Assembly: GCA_048938105.1 (NCBI GenBank)
Contig: JBHLMN010000009.1
Location: forward strand, 64,001 to 128,000
Length of the DNA: 64,000 bases
From: Promethearchaeota archaeon
GTDB lineage: Archaea; Asgardarchaeota; Heimdallarchaeia; Hodarchaeales; Hodarchaeaceae
Direction: 5' to 3'
Part shown: positions 9,087 to 20,320 of the stretch, piece after piece
How the letters are laid out: each line of letters begins with the position of its first letter
Numbering within the stretch: the stretch's first letter is position 1
Program-made: the position numbers and the translations under genes
The notes under the pieces: model-generated
Told to the model about the DNA's origin: nothing
The model's input: only the letters and a program-made list of their open reading frames with translations
Databases searched by the model: none

Positions 9087-11717
9087 ATGCCATCTCTCCG
9101 CTTAGGGAAAATCATAACTTCTTCGCTTACTATCAGGGACAAAGAGGTCAAGACAGCATGGATCGTAATCCTAATCTGGCTAGTGGTTATTACACCTTTT
9201 ACAGGTTATTTCTCATCACGTGTGATGGAAAGTATGAGTACAGAGTGGAGTTTTGTTCCTGTTGGATCTGATTCTGATAAGGCTTTGGATATTCTTGAGA
9301 ACGAATTTCCTCCATCGAATGAATCACTCGTTGCAGTGCTTAAGTCAGAAACAGGATTTGCATTCAATGCGACTCTGTTCAATAGTACTTTTCAAGCATC
9401 AAATAAAACAATTGAAGATCTTATTGATACCACAATCAAATCTGCAAATGATAATTTCATCTATGGCTTATTGTTAAGTCTTGAAATAAATAAATCAATT
9501 TATGAGATGAAAGTAGGGAAATTTGAAAATATCATGTCCCCTTTTGTTCTCTATCCTGGTTTAATTATGACATTTCCAAACCAATCACAGGTATGGCAGG
9601 ATTTTTGGAATCAAATGTTCTTTGAGGACGATACAATAACTATGATTCTTATTGGATTGGAAATTTCAAGCTCTGGATTTTCAGAACTTGGTTTCGGAGA
9701 ACAAGGCGAATATTTTACTTATATTCAAGACTTACGAGATTACCTAGATAGAGGTATATCACTGGATCTTTACTTAGCTAGACTGGCACTAGGAATCTCT
9801 GTTTCCCCTGATACAAATACAAAAATTACTGGCTCTTTAGCTATTTCATATGATAGCTTAAAGTCCACTCAGAAAGATCGTGAACGTATGGATATTCTAA
9901 CTGTTGTCTTGATTATAATTATTTTGTTCCTTATACTTCGATCATTAATAGCTCCATTAGTTCCTTTGGTGACAATGTTCCCTGCCCTTCTCCTAGCAAA
10001 TACAATGTTGTTTTTTCTAGGTAATTATATTGAAATTGGTTCATTTGCCCCAATAATGGTGACAGTATTAGGTTTAGCGGTGGGAGTTGATTACTCCATC
10101 TTTATCCTTACACGATTTCTTGACGAATTACGAGAAGGGAGAACCAAGGAAGAAGCACTCATAACTTCTGTTACAATGAGTGGAAGAGCCATTCTTTCAT
10201 CTGGACTAGTTGTGATAATGGGATTCGGTGCATTACTTATTCCTAAGTTAGAGTTAATACAGAGTATTGGATTAGGTGTAATTATTGCTATAATCTGTGG
10301 TTTGCTCTCTGCTTTTACATTACTCCCCTCACTTCTTTACGTTTTTGGTGAGAAAATAACTTGGCCAAGAAAAATAGCTTCAACCAAAGTTGAAGAAGAG
10401 GAAAAAAAGACAATACCTATAACAAATGGAAAGATCTGGGGAATATTTGCCCGATTTTCTATCCGTTTAGCTTGGCCTATTATCATTTTAGCTTTGATCA
10501 TTACTGTACCATTTGCTTTATTACTAGCTTCGTATCAACCTTCCTATGATATATTATCTATGCTTCCTCCAAATGTAGAGAGTAGTGAAGCTTTTGAAAT
10601 ACTTGATGAGATAGGCATGACAAGTGAATTATATGGAAATAGCATGGTACTTTCTGGATTCAGTAGTTCGGAAGAATTATGGTCAAACAACACCCTTTAT
10701 GCAATTGATCATCTGGCAGAGTGGTTGTCAAATACTGAAGCTATACATGATGTTGAAACCATCACACGCCCCTCAATGGGTGGACTTGTAAAACTAAATT
10801 TAATTGACTTAGCTAAGACTGCGCAAGGAACAGAGGTTCCATACCTATCCGTTTCATCTTTAAGCGCTGTAGCACGAGAACACCTACCTCTAGAAAGCAC
10901 TTTTGAAGATATTATCCTAGGATATGTGAATTGGCACCAAGCAAATAATACAGTAATAGTGAAATTAAATTTCGTGCGTAATCCAATGGGTCCAGAAGCC
11001 ATGGGAGATCTACGTTATCTGAGAAGCGAGTTAAAAGATTTGACCATATTTAATCTTCCTTCTACAGTTAAGGGGTATATATTTGGCGGAACCTCGATTA
11101 ATGTAGACATGTCTAACGAATTGTATTCTGCATTTCCGCTCATGGTACTCTGGATTATAATAACAATAATGGTTATACTAACACTTTTACTAGGTTCAAT
11201 AACAGTCCCTATCAGGTTAATTATCACAATAGCAACATCTGTAACTTGGACTTTAGGTTTTTTGGTCTTAATGTTTCAATTTAATCTTGAAGAAATTACT
11301 ATAGCTTTACTTAATCCAAATATCAATATTGAAGCAGGACTTTATTGGATAATCCCTCCAATATTATTTTGTATTCTATTTGGATTAGGTATGGATTATG
11401 ATATCTTTATCACATCACGGATCCGTGAAGAATATTTAAAAGGAAAATCAAACCATGAAGCCATAGAAGAAGGACTAATTCATACAGCGTCTGTAGTCAC
11501 GTCTTGTGCATTCATCATGGCTGGTGCATTCCTTGCACTATGGTTTTCTTTTTTATTGATCTTAACTGAAATTGGTTTGGGCATGGTTTTTGCCGTCATT
11601 GTTGATGCTACCATAGTTCGAGTTTTTCTTGTTCCCGCTGCAATGGCAATTATGGGTGATAAGTATAATTGGTGGCCTGATTGGATTAATAGGAAATTTG
11701 GAAAATTAACACATTAA
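9087..11717 (+). CDS. MMPL/RND family transporter
   Basis: GLAVGVDYSIFILTRF and FGLGMDYDIFITSRIREE; two-fold repeated architecture. Confidence 0.93.
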   Translation: MPSLRLGKIITSSLTIRDKEVKTAWIVILIWLVVITPFTGYFSSRVMESMSTEWSFVPVGSDSDKALDILENEFPPSNESLVAVLKSETGFAFNATLFNSTFQASNKTIEDLIDTTIKSANDNFIYGLLLSLEINKSIYEMKVGKFENIMSPFVLYPGLIMTFPNQSQVWQDFWNQMFFEDDTITMILIGLEISSSGFSELGFGEQGEYFTYIQDLRDYLDRGISLDLYLARLALGISVSPDTNTKITGSLAISYDSLKSTQKDRERMDILTVVLIIIILFLILRSLIAPLVPLVTMFPALLLANTMLFFLGNYIEIGSFAPIMVTVLGLAVGVDYSIFILTRFLDELREGRTKEEALITSVTMSGRAILSSGLVVIMGFGALLIPKLELIQSIGLGVIIAIICGLLSAFTLLPSLLYVFGEKITWPRKIASTKVEEEEKKTIPITNGKIWGIFARFSIRLAWPIIILALIITVPFALLLASYQPSYDILSMLPPNVESSEAFEILDEIGMTSELYGNSMVLSGFSSSEELWSNNTLYAIDHLAEWLSNTEAIHDVETITRPSMGGLVKLNLIDLAKTAQGTEVPYLSVSSLSAVAREHLPLESTFEDIILGYVNWHQANNTVIVKLNFVRNPMGPEAMGDLRYLRSELKDLTIFNLPSTVKGYIFGGTSINVDMSNELYSAFPLMVLWIIITIMVILTLLLGSITVPIRLIITIATSVTWTLGFLVLMFQFNLEEITIALLNPNINIEAGLYWIIPPILFCILFGLGMDYDIFITSRIREEYLKGKSNHEAIEEGLIHTASVVTSCAFIMAGAFLALWFSFLLILTEIGLGMVFAVIVDATIVRVFLVPAAMAIMGDKYNWWPDWINRKFGKLTH

Positions 11718-11898
11718 TCGACGATCTACAAAGAATCCCACAGGTACATAAGTAAGATACATGCCTTAATAGCTAAATTGATATGTTTAAGAATTGGTGT
11801 TTTTATCAATTATTTGTGTAAATTGATTATGACAATAATATGCAAATAATACAATTTGATTCAAAGAATTACTATATTAATAAATTGAAATCCTTTAA

Positions 11899-12201
11899 TT
11901 GTCGGTTATTTCAATGATATTTCACGCAAAGGCAATCAGTGGCAAGAATACAAAAGTAGATTCTAGTATGTACATTTTAGAAGAGGGAGATTATATAACA
12001 GGCTATAATGCCACATTAGTCTACGTTATGAGCGGTCTAGTGAAAGCTGTTTATGTCTTGGGAACATTTCAAAAGAAAAAATTAGAGATCTTATCTACAA
12101 ACTGTCAATTAGCTTCAGTTCCTTTCTTTCAATTACCCTCTCCAATTGAAGACTTTGAAAACATTAAGGTTCTTGCAGTTGTAGGTAAATCAGCAGAATA
12201 A
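11899..12201 (+). CDS. Hypothetical protein
   Basis: 100-aa ORF with protein-like composition; start uncertain. Confidence 0.5.
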   Translation: MSVISMIFHAKAISGKNTKVDSSMYILEEGDYITGYNATLVYVMSGLVKAVYVLGTFQKKKLEILSTNCQLASVPFFQLPSPIEDFENIKVLAVVGKSAE

Positions 12202-12352
12202 GTTATTTTCTTTTTTGATAATATTTGCTAATCTAACTAGGATTTATACTAGAATAAAACAGCATTCTAAAGTGAAGAAATTTGACAGAATAAACACATT
12301 GACAAATAGTTAATGTAATATATTCTTAATTTTACAACATATCGGTTTCACA

Positions 12353-13765
12353 ATGAGTAAGTCTGATCAAAATTTCGATGTCATTATTGTGGGAGCAGGC
12401 CCTGCGGGGATCTTTACTGCTTTATTCTTAGTTCAGTTCAGATTGGAACATAAAAATCCGCTACAGATATTAATTATTGAAAAAGGAACAACCATTAAAG
12501 AACGGGTAGAAAATCGTAATAAGGGGGATAAAGATATCATACATGGCTGGGGTGGAGCAGGGGCATTCTCTGATGGTAAATTGACTCTTTCTATAGATGT
12601 TGGTGGGTCATTATCCCATTTTATATCAGTTAGTCAATTACAGAAAGACCTTCAAAAAGTTGAAGAAGTTTATGTAGAATTTGGAGCAGATAGGTCTAGA
12701 TTAATTTCTGGGAGGAATGAAGAGACAAATAAAATGAGAAAACGGGCTCTTCAATTTGGTATTCACCTACTTCCATACCGACTCTTGCATATTGGTACTG
12801 ATAAATGTGTGAAGATACTGGATGCATTTTATCAGTCTTTAAGTAGTCACCCTAATGTTACTATAAACTTTGGGGAAACAGCAACTCATATAATAACTCA
12901 AGAAGATCGTATTATTGGAGTTCAGACTGATAAGAATGAATATTATGCTCCTTATGTCACAATTGGCGTAGGAAGAGCTGGTGCTCATTGGTTACGTAAA
13001 GAAGCAGAACGACTAGGCCTAGAATTTCAAACTAATCCTGTTGATATCGGAGTGAGAGTTGAGGTTCCAGCAGAGATTACCTCCCACTTAACTGACTTAC
13101 TTTATGAGTTTAAATGTCATTTTTACGCTCCTACTTTTGATCAAGACTGCAGAACATTTTGTGTGGTGCCAAATGGAGAAGTAGTCCGAGAAATTGCCTA
13201 TGGGGAGAATGGAGAACAATGGGTTACGGTTAATGGGCATGCTTACGCAAATAAAGACCATCATACAACCAATACAAACTTTGCTATTCTAGTTAGTAGT
13301 AGTTTTACAGAACCTTTTGATGATCCTATTGCCTTTGGACGATCTGTTTGTAAGCTAGCAAACCTCCTTAGTAATGGTGAGGTTATTATTCAACGCTTAA
13401 CTGATCTAAAACGGGGCAGACGTTCCACACCCTCTCGAATAAGAAGATCAATAATATCTCCCACCTTGAAAAGTGCTGTACCTGGAGATCTTTCGTTTGT
13501 TCTTCCGTATCGCCATCTTATGAGCATTTTAGAGATGATCAAAGCACTGGATAACATTATACCAGGTATAGATTCGAATAACACATTTCTATATGGTATA
13601 GAGACAAAATATTATTCCAACCAACTTCAGCTATCAGAAGAACTAGAGACGAAAATCCATGGCCTATTCGCGATGGGAGATGGAGCAGGTGTAACACGCT
13701 CCTTAGCGCATGCTTCTCTCAGTGGGATTATTGTCGCTCGAGCTATTAGTTCACGGTTTAAATAA
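12353..13765 (+). CDS. FAD-dependent oxidoreductase (COG2509-like)
   Basis: IIVGAGPAGIF, GWGGAGAFSDGKL, VDIGVRVE, GDGAGVTRSL. Confidence 0.92.
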   Translation: MSKSDQNFDVIIVGAGPAGIFTALFLVQFRLEHKNPLQILIIEKGTTIKERVENRNKGDKDIIHGWGGAGAFSDGKLTLSIDVGGSLSHFISVSQLQKDLQKVEEVYVEFGADRSRLISGRNEETNKMRKRALQFGIHLLPYRLLHIGTDKCVKILDAFYQSLSSHPNVTINFGETATHIITQEDRIIGVQTDKNEYYAPYVTIGVGRAGAHWLRKEAERLGLEFQTNPVDIGVRVEVPAEITSHLTDLLYEFKCHFYAPTFDQDCRTFCVVPNGEVVREIAYGENGEQWVTVNGHAYANKDHHTTNTNFAILVSSSFTEPFDDPIAFGRSVCKLANLLSNGEVIIQRLTDLKRGRRSTPSRIRRSIISPTLKSAVPGDLSFVLPYRHLMSILEMIKALDNIIPGIDSNNTFLYGIETKYYSNQLQLSEELETKIHGLFAMGDGAGVTRSLAHASLSGIIVARAISSRFK

Positions 13766-14083
13766 ATTTATCAATTAATATAAATGAAATTTTCTTTTTT
13801 AAAAGAATTGTCGCAAAATTGACATTTGAAGACGTTCGATTTTTGCGTAATAACCTACAGTGTGCAAAATCTAATAGTCATTATTGAATCTTAGAGAAAT
13901 TTACGGTTATTCTGACTATTTTTATAGATTCCATCTTTAGTTAGTGATTATCTCTTTTGTTTCTCTTTTAATAATCCATAATCTAAGTTAAATCGTATTT
14001 CTAAGGCCAAAGTTCCGTAAACAAAAGTATTAAGAATAAATGTCAAACTTAGTCTTGTCCAGTCTTGTTCATTGGTGATGTAG

Positions 14084-14650
14084 ATAAGCATCCTTTCAAC
14101 TATCTCCAGTCAAATTCAGCAACGGACTACGAGTAAAGCGATTCTCATCACCTTGGTGATTTTTATTGCTTTCATTGCGAGTCTTCCTCTATTCTATTTT
14201 TTTGTTCCTTCTGCAGCTGAGATGATTTCGCTAGATGATCCTGTTATCTATACTTCTGCTGACATTAATATCATTTTAGCTTCATGGGGAGAATCAGGAC
14301 GAGTTCTTCAAATGTGGTTTCATATTACGTGGGATATTGTAGTCCCGGTTTTGTATTCATTGCTGTTTGCTTTCATCATCTCATGGGTGTTTAACAAAGG
14401 TGTTAAATCCGACAGTAAACTGCATCTACTAAACCTTTTTGCGATTACAGGAGGTTTAGCTGATATTCTAGAAAATCTTACGATTATTTTTCTGATTCTA
14501 GCTTTTCCTTCTCAAAATGACTTCCTTGTCCTCCTAAAAAACTGTTTCACCATCTTAAAGTATTTTCATTTAGTTCTTCTTTTTTTGGTGCTTCTTTTGG
14601 GTGTTTTGTTTGCTATTAAAAGCTATATCACCTCAGAAGCAAGTAGCTAG
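14084..14650 (+). CDS. Hypothetical 4-TM membrane protein
   Basis: ORF-track call 14153..14650 extends in frame to ATA at 14084, five nt after GGTGA; contains ADILEN motif; start uncertain. Confidence 0.7.
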   Translation: MSILSTISSQIQQRTTSKAILITLVIFIAFIASLPLFYFFVPSAAEMISLDDPVIYTSADINIILASWGESGRVLQMWFHITWDIVVPVLYSLLFAFIISWVFNKGVKSDSKLHLLNLFAITGGLADILENLTIIFLILAFPSQNDFLVLLKNCFTILKYFHLVLLFLVLLLGVLFAIKSYITSEASS

Positions 14651-14775
14651 TGAGAAATCTTCTTTTCTCATCTAAGTTACTCTTTTATACAAAATCTAAC
14701 TCCTAGATGGTTTATACCTTTTATATTTGTGATTGGTTGAACGTATATATTCTAGATAGCTAACTGGAAGAGATT

Positions 14776-14988
14776 CATCAATCCAAACTCGTTCCTCGAT
14801 GATTAGCAGTCTGGGATCTTCTAGGAGGCACAATTATGTTAACAAGAGTCCCGATAAGTATATTCATCCTTGATCCTCTATCCCCCTATCACGACTGGAC
14901 AGCCCTTTTAGCTATTCCAATCATCGTGAATGAGCTGGTACTAGGAGGATGGATGATAGTTAAAGGATTCAATTCATTAGATGAGTAA
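14776..14988 (+). pseudogene. DUF4386-like membrane protein C-terminal remnant
   Basis: HQSKLVPR*LAVWDLLGG...LAIPIIVNELVLGGWMIVKGFNS; TGA at 14800 where the family has Trp; 5' part missing. Confidence 0.65.
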
Positions 14989-15243
14989 CTGGATCCATGA
15001 AGGAAAAATAAATCCTCCTCCCTTCTTCTTCTTTGATTACTCAGTCAAAAGCTAATTTATCAAATTGAAGGTTAATAATCAAACAATAACAAAGATTATT
15101 TGACGAAAGCCAGCTTTTAATATTCAAATGTGCGTTTGACGTCATATTTTGTACTATTATACCACACCCGTTCATAGTTTCAGTGTCTCTTTAATGAATT
15201 TTTAGTTTTTAATAAATTTTTATCAGGTTTATGCCCCTAAACA

Positions 15244-15429
15244 ATGAATATGGTCCTTAAAGAACTTTTTCAGAATAATGCAATATATAAAACACAAGAT
15301 GACGAATATCGCGTAGAAAAAGACATTTATTATGAATACAAAGACTATTTCAAGGATAGAACTGAACAAGACCTGAAATCAAACGTATTGAAAGTTCCTC
15401 AAGAAACTAAAGATGGGAATAAAAAATGA
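15244..15429 (+). CDS. Small hypothetical ORF or gene fragment
   Basis: 61 aa; stop overlaps the AKR start (ATGA). Confidence 0.35.
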   Translation: MNMVLKELFQNNAIYKTQDDEYRVEKDIYYEYKDYFKDRTEQDLKSNVLKVPQETKDGNKK

Positions 15430-16436
15430 AATACAGAAAATTTGCTAAAACAGATCTTAAATTATCATCCATTGGATTAGGTTGTATGGGAATGAGCCAA
15501 TCCTATGGTGAAAGAAATGATGAAGAAAGCCTACTGACTTTGCAATATGCATTGGAATTGGGTATTAATTTTTTTGATACAGCAGATATATATGGATTCG
15601 GGCATAACGAGGAGCTTTTAAGCAAGTTCCTAAAAGATAGTGACAGAAGCAAGATATTTTTGGCTACTAAATTAGGTTTCAGAAAAAAAAAGGACTATGA
15701 TCCTAGCAAACTTTTCTCGAGCCAGATTGAGGTTTGCGGAAAGGCAGAATATGTAAGAGAGGCAATAAAGACGTCATTAAAAAGATTAGGTGTTGAATAT
15801 ATCGATCTTCTTTATCTGCACAGGGTTGATCCAAATACTCCGATTGAAGAAACAGTCGGAGCGATGGCTGATTTTATAAAGTTAGGAAAAGTAAAATATC
15901 TTGGTCTATCTGAATGCACAGTAGAAGACCTAGATAGAGCCAATAAAATATGGTCGATTTCAGCTGTACAGTCTGAATACTCATTTTTAACCAGGAATGT
16001 GGAGGATAATGGTATTCTTACTTACTGTAAAAAACATGGCATAGCATTTGTTCCTTTTGCGCCACTAGCAAGAGGATTAATGGCAAATAATAAGGATATA
16101 GCTTCGTTGAAGGACGGAGATTTTAGAAAGGGTCTTCCAAGATACCAAGGAGAACATCTAAAGAACAATCTTTTATTAGCCGATGAATTTGCTGTGTTTG
16201 CATCAAGAAAAGGATGCACTCCAGCTCAGCTTGCAATAGCATGGGTATTAGCGCAAGGAAAAAATATCATCCCTATTCCAGGGACTAAAAGAAGAAAGTA
16301 TCTTGACGATAATTGTAAAGCGCCTGATGTTGAACTAGCCGAAAATGACCTTAAAGCAATGGACGAGATTATAAACCATCATCCAGACATTGGCGAGCGA
16401 TATAGTTCAAGAGAAACTAAATTTGTAAAAAGGTAA
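15426..16436 (+). CDS. Aldo/keto reductase
   Basis: [48 protein letters not shown]. Confidence 0.96.
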   Translation: MKYRKFAKTDLKLSSIGLGCMGMSQSYGERNDEESLLTLQYALELGINFFDTADIYGFGHNEELLSKFLKDSDRSKIFLATKLGFRKKKDYDPSKLFSSQIEVCGKAEYVREAIKTSLKRLGVEYIDLLYLHRVDPNTPIEETVGAMADFIKLGKVKYLGLSECTVEDLDRANKIWSISAVQSEYSFLTRNVEDNGILTYCKKHGIAFVPFAPLARGLMANNKDIASLKDGDFRKGLPRYQGEHLKNNLLLADEFAVFASRKGCTPAQLAIAWVLAQGKNIIPIPGTKRRKYLDDNCKAPDVELAENDLKAMDEIINHHPDIGERYSSRETKFVKR

Positions 16437-16441
16437 ATAAA

Positions 16442-16858
16442 ATGAAAAATGGCTTGATATTTGGGGTAAGCGGAAAAATTGCCAGTAATGTAATTGATAT
16501 ACTCTCCGAGAAGAAAGAAATTCATCTTATTTTACTTTTGAGGAATGCATCCAGGTTAAGAAATAAATTGGAAACAAAATACACAATTATAGAAAGTAAT
16601 GCCTTAAACCTTGATGATTTAAGAGAAGCAATGAAGGATATTGATATTGTTTATGGAAAACTGACAGGCGATTTGGGATAGATGGCAAGAAATATTGTTA
16701 AGGTCATGAATGAGAAAGGAGTCAAAAGGATAATCTTCATCAGTTCTATTGGTATTTACGATACACCTTTAAGAAGTGTTTTAAAACCATACAAGGAAGC
16801 AGCCGATGTTATAGAAGAATCTGGTCTTGATTATACAATATTCAAAATATCGGAGTAA
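16442..16858 (+). pseudogene. NAD(P)H-binding (NmrA/atypical SDR) protein, interrupted and truncated
   Basis: IFGVSGKIA; in-frame TAG at 16679-16681, then MARNIVKVMNEKGVKRIIFISSIGIY..AADVIEESGLDYTI; the expected LRP..C-terminus is absent. Confidence 0.8.
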
Positions 16859-17103
16859 TGATCCTACCTGATCTTACAGAACTACTCGGTATATTAGATC
16901 TCTTAGCAACAGGTGAAATTCTCACATCATCGTGTTCCCAATAAAAGCCGTTTTAGGTTAATGCATTAGACCCAATTAAGATTTTTATAATCAATGCAAA
17001 TTTCTATAAGCGACGGAAAAAGGAAATTAATGCAATCCTAATTGAGAATCCTTATAACAACCTAGAATAATATCCTTTAACATCCGATCATATGGTTCTT
17101 CTT

Positions 17104-17874
17104 TTATTTCCAAGTAAAGAATATTCCTAGATTTAAGAATCGTGTATAATCTTTTGAGATTTGATTATTAAATTGTGAATTTGAAAAAAGATTCTCCCAA
17201 AATTTCTTTGTTTTCCAAACAAATGCAAAATATAACAAAGATAAATATAATCTCTTGTCTCTTAAAATTTCTATTGTAACAAATTTTCCCCCTGGCTTCA
17301 GAACGCGATATATTTCATTCAATGCTGCGAGTTTATCTTTATCATCGTGGAGCTCATGTAGGACAGATCCTGCAGTTACCAAGTCAAAAGAATTGTCAGG
17401 ATATGGAATATTCATTACATTTCCATAGTTAAATTCAACTTTACTCTTTACAGCTTCTATTTCTGCATTTTTGTAAGCTTTATCTGGGGAATTTCCGCTA
17501 ACTCCGTTATAGATGTCAATCCCAATAACTTTACCTGAAATTATGCATTTAGCAATATTAATGGATACTCTCCCAGTACCACATCCTATATCTAGTACCC
17601 TTTCATCTCCTTTGAAATCTGTTAAAATATAATTCCATATTTCTTTAATAGGAGTGGATCGAAGTATAGAATAATATAATGGGATATAGGAAAAACCAAT
17701 ATAAAAAGTTGATATTGTAATAGGAAGAGAAATAGTATAAATAAAAATACTAATTGGTGCTTCAATGAATAAAGAAGTGAGAACCATAATGCATGTCCCT
17801 ATCACACCACAAATTGTTATTCCTATGAAGTATCTTATCGCGGTGAATCCATAATCAGGTTTCTCTTTATTCAT
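17104..17874 (-). CDS. Class I SAM-dependent methyltransferase with N-terminal TM helices
   Basis: VLDIGCGTG, IPYPDNSFDLV, EIYRVLKPGG. Confidence 0.92.
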   Translation of the reverse strand: MNKEKPDYGFTAIRYFIGITICGVIGTCIMVLTSLFIEAPISIFIYTISLPITISTFYIGFSYIPLYYSILRSTPIKEIWNYILTDFKGDERVLDIGCGTGRVSINIAKCIISGKVIGIDIYNGVSGNSPDKAYKNAEIEAVKSKVEFNYGNVMNIPYPDNSFDLVTAGSVLHELHDDKDKLAALNEIYRVLKPGGKFVTIEILRDKRLYLSLLYFAFVWKTKKFWENLFSNSQFNNQISKDYTRFLNLGIFFTWK

Positions 17875-18116
17875 TATGATTCCTCTTTTTCATCATTATC
17901 CTCGCTTCCAAAAGCTCCCAAAGCTTTTAAAGCATATCCCTTCAACCCCGTAACTTTTGTTATAGCAATACCTTTATTAATATCACCTGCAACGAACAAT
18001 ATATCTCCAGGTTCGATACCAAATGTTTTCCTGGCTTCTTTTGGTATAACAATTTGACCTCGTTCTCCAACTTTGACCGTTCCAAAAATAAATTTCCCTT
18101 TCGCAATTTCAGCCAT
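17874..18116 (-). CDS. AbrB/MazE/SpoVT family DNA-binding protein
   Basis: GTVKVGERGQIVIPKEARKTFGIEPGD; likely start ATG at 18116 (ORF track starts at 18140). Confidence 0.92.
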   Translation of the reverse strand: MAEIAKGKFIFGTVKVGERGQIVIPKEARKTFGIEPGDILFVAGDINKGIAITKVTGLKGYALKALGAFGSEDNDEKEES

Positions 18117-18144
18117 GTTCCTTTCTTCCAATAAATTCATGGTT

Positions 18145-18189
18145 TGTCATACTTATCATACTTTTCATATTTATCATTCTTTTTATATT
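18145..18189. repeat. Five 9-bp tandem repeats (tgtcatact, tatcatact, tttcatatt, tatcattct, ttttatatt), putative operator
   Basis: Read directly; immediately upstream of the AbrB-family gene. Confidence 0.7.
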
Positions 18190-18438
18190 TATCTGAAGGG
18201 TCAGTTGGAAAATTTTACTTATAATTACAACCAAACTCATCATAAAATAGTATCATCATAATAAAACAGAACATTGATGTTCTGAATTTGTAAAATAAGG
18301 AATTCATCTTGTCGATCAACCACTTGCCTTCTCGAAAAATAAAATTTTTAGATTTCAATTTTTTCTCACTTTTTCTTCCTCCTCCATCGAAAACTAAAAT
18401 ATAATAATTAGTACGATAATAAAAATAAGGGAATTTAT

Positions 18439-18909
18439 ATGAAAATACTGGTAGTTTATGATACAGTTCATGGAAATACAGAATAAATTGCCCTGGCAAT
18501 AGGAAAAGCTCTTGGTACAAAGAATGAAGTTGAAATAATTAAGGCAGATGAAGTAAATCAGAATCACGTGGCAGATATTGACCTATTAGTGGTTGGTTCT
18601 CCCACTCATGGAGATAGATTCACAAAGGCAATTCAAGAGCTATTTAAAAAATCCTTTTTATCAGTAGAGGGTATGAACGTTGTAGCATTTGATACTAGAA
18701 CTTCTTCAAGCGGTTTTACACGACATATCGAAAATTTCTTTGGTCGTGCTGCACCGAGAATTGCCAATTTTCTCGAGAAAAAAGGATGTGTACTTATTAT
18801 AGAACCTGAAGGTTTTATTGTTGAAGGATTGAAGGGACCACTCCTAGAAAGCGAACTAGAACGAGCAATTAGTTGGGGAAATAAGATTAGCGAGATATAC
18901 AACGAATAG
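18439..18909 (+). pseudogene. Flavodoxin with premature stop
   Basis: MKILVVYDTVHGNTE*IALAIG..DLLVVGSPTHG..VAFDTR; TAA at 18484-18486. Confidence 0.88.
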
Positions 18910-19451
18910 ATCGAAAACCTCTTTATAACTATTTATCGTACAAGGTACTTTCGATGAAGCTTGATGCCATTGTTGCAAATGATTTGAATGCTGTAAAAGA
19001 CAATATTTAGGATGCATTCGATAAAAAACCGTTTATTGAATTCATATTAAAAACAGACAAATATCAGATCCCTGTGGTGCTTTTTGAATTTAAAAATGTG
19101 ACACTTGAATTCCTAGAACGAAGTCAAGGAAATATCCCTTCTAATTTTGCCTACATTAAATATATTGTAAGTTTTAGGAAACTTCAATCCCGTCATCACG
19201 AATGTAACACCAAAGATAAATGAGACAGAAAATAAAATGGCATGGATTGACCAATCACGTTCAAGAGATATTCGGGCATCGTCACTCCAACCTCTTGATT
19301 CCCAATATCCGAAATAATCGGATTTGATGATCTCGATTCTGACCATTCATTTCAAATTCTAAGAGGATTTCAGAGAAAGAGTTAGAAAAAGAATAACTTT
19401 GAGACTAGTCCTTGCAGTCAAAAAAGCTCTTTTATTTCGATTGGAAATTGT

Positions 19452-19961
19452 TCATTTTTTATAACTTAGTTTTTCTAAATGCTCTGCGTGATGATTATAA
19501 GATCCTTGAAGGACTATAATTAAAGGATATCCCTTTAGCCAAGAATATTTTTCAGGATTTAATAAATCATTTTCATTGATTTTTTCTGCCAATGAAATTA
19601 AACGTGAAAATCCTTCTTTCCAATCCTTATAGACATTTGACCACGATTTTTTCATGTTGATTTCATAAATCCATTCGTTAATCTTTTCTAAATCAGTTTC
19701 AGATTCTGGATCAAACTCTTCTGGCCACCAATCAAGATTCGGATTTTTATTATTTAATGCACCTTCTATTCGTGCAACTGAGATTTTTTGCCAAATCCAT
19801 AAGTGGGAAAGATCATCTTTTATTGATCTATTAGAGTTAGATCTCTTAACAACAACTTGATTCTCAGTTATTTTTGAAAGTTGATCTTTCCAAGAGTTGA
19901 ATATTTCCTTAAGAAGACTAATACTTTGTTTTTTATCTTTAAATTCTATTTCTGGAGGCAT
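19452..19961 (-). CDS. ClbS/DfsB (DUF1706, DinB-like) four-helix bundle protein
   Basis: SIKDDLSHLWIW, INEWIYE, SYNHHAEHL. Confidence 0.82.
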   Translation of the reverse strand: MPPEIEFKDKKQSISLLKEIFNSWKDQLSKITENQVVVKRSNSNRSIKDDLSHLWIWQKISVARIEGALNNKNPNLDWWPEEFDPESETDLEKINEWIYEINMKKSWSNVYKDWKEGFSRLISLAEKINENDLLNPEKYSWLKGYPLIIVLQGSYNHHAEHLEKLSYKK

Positions 19962-20320
19962 CTCAGATCCTTATTCTCCTTATTTTTTATGTGAATGGCA
20001 AACATTAATCTAATTTTAAAATAAGTATCTGATCTTCAGGAAACTCAAATTCATAAGGAAGTTCTTCATAACCTATCCAAACAGTAATGGACATCTTCAG
20101 TGATAGTTCAGATTGAATTTCTTGAAAGCTAGCTTTAACAATTATAATAGGGGTTTGACGACATTGAAATGTCTTATATCTAACGACTTATTCCAAAAGA
20201 AGTTGATATTGGAATAGCATGATTCTTGATATGTTATGCTGTAAAGAAATCTAACGAGTAATTTTATTAACGAATTCAATCACTGACTCATAAAACGATG
20301 AATTGAGTTGAGGATAACAA

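Noticed and set aside
14800-14802. In-frame TGA as selenocysteine
   Set aside because: It aligns with a Trp position in a truncated membrane-protein relic, so it is an ordinary nonsense mutation.
19113-19346. 77-aa minus-strand ORF
   Set aside because: No recognisable motif, and it overlaps degraded plus-strand coding-like sequence.
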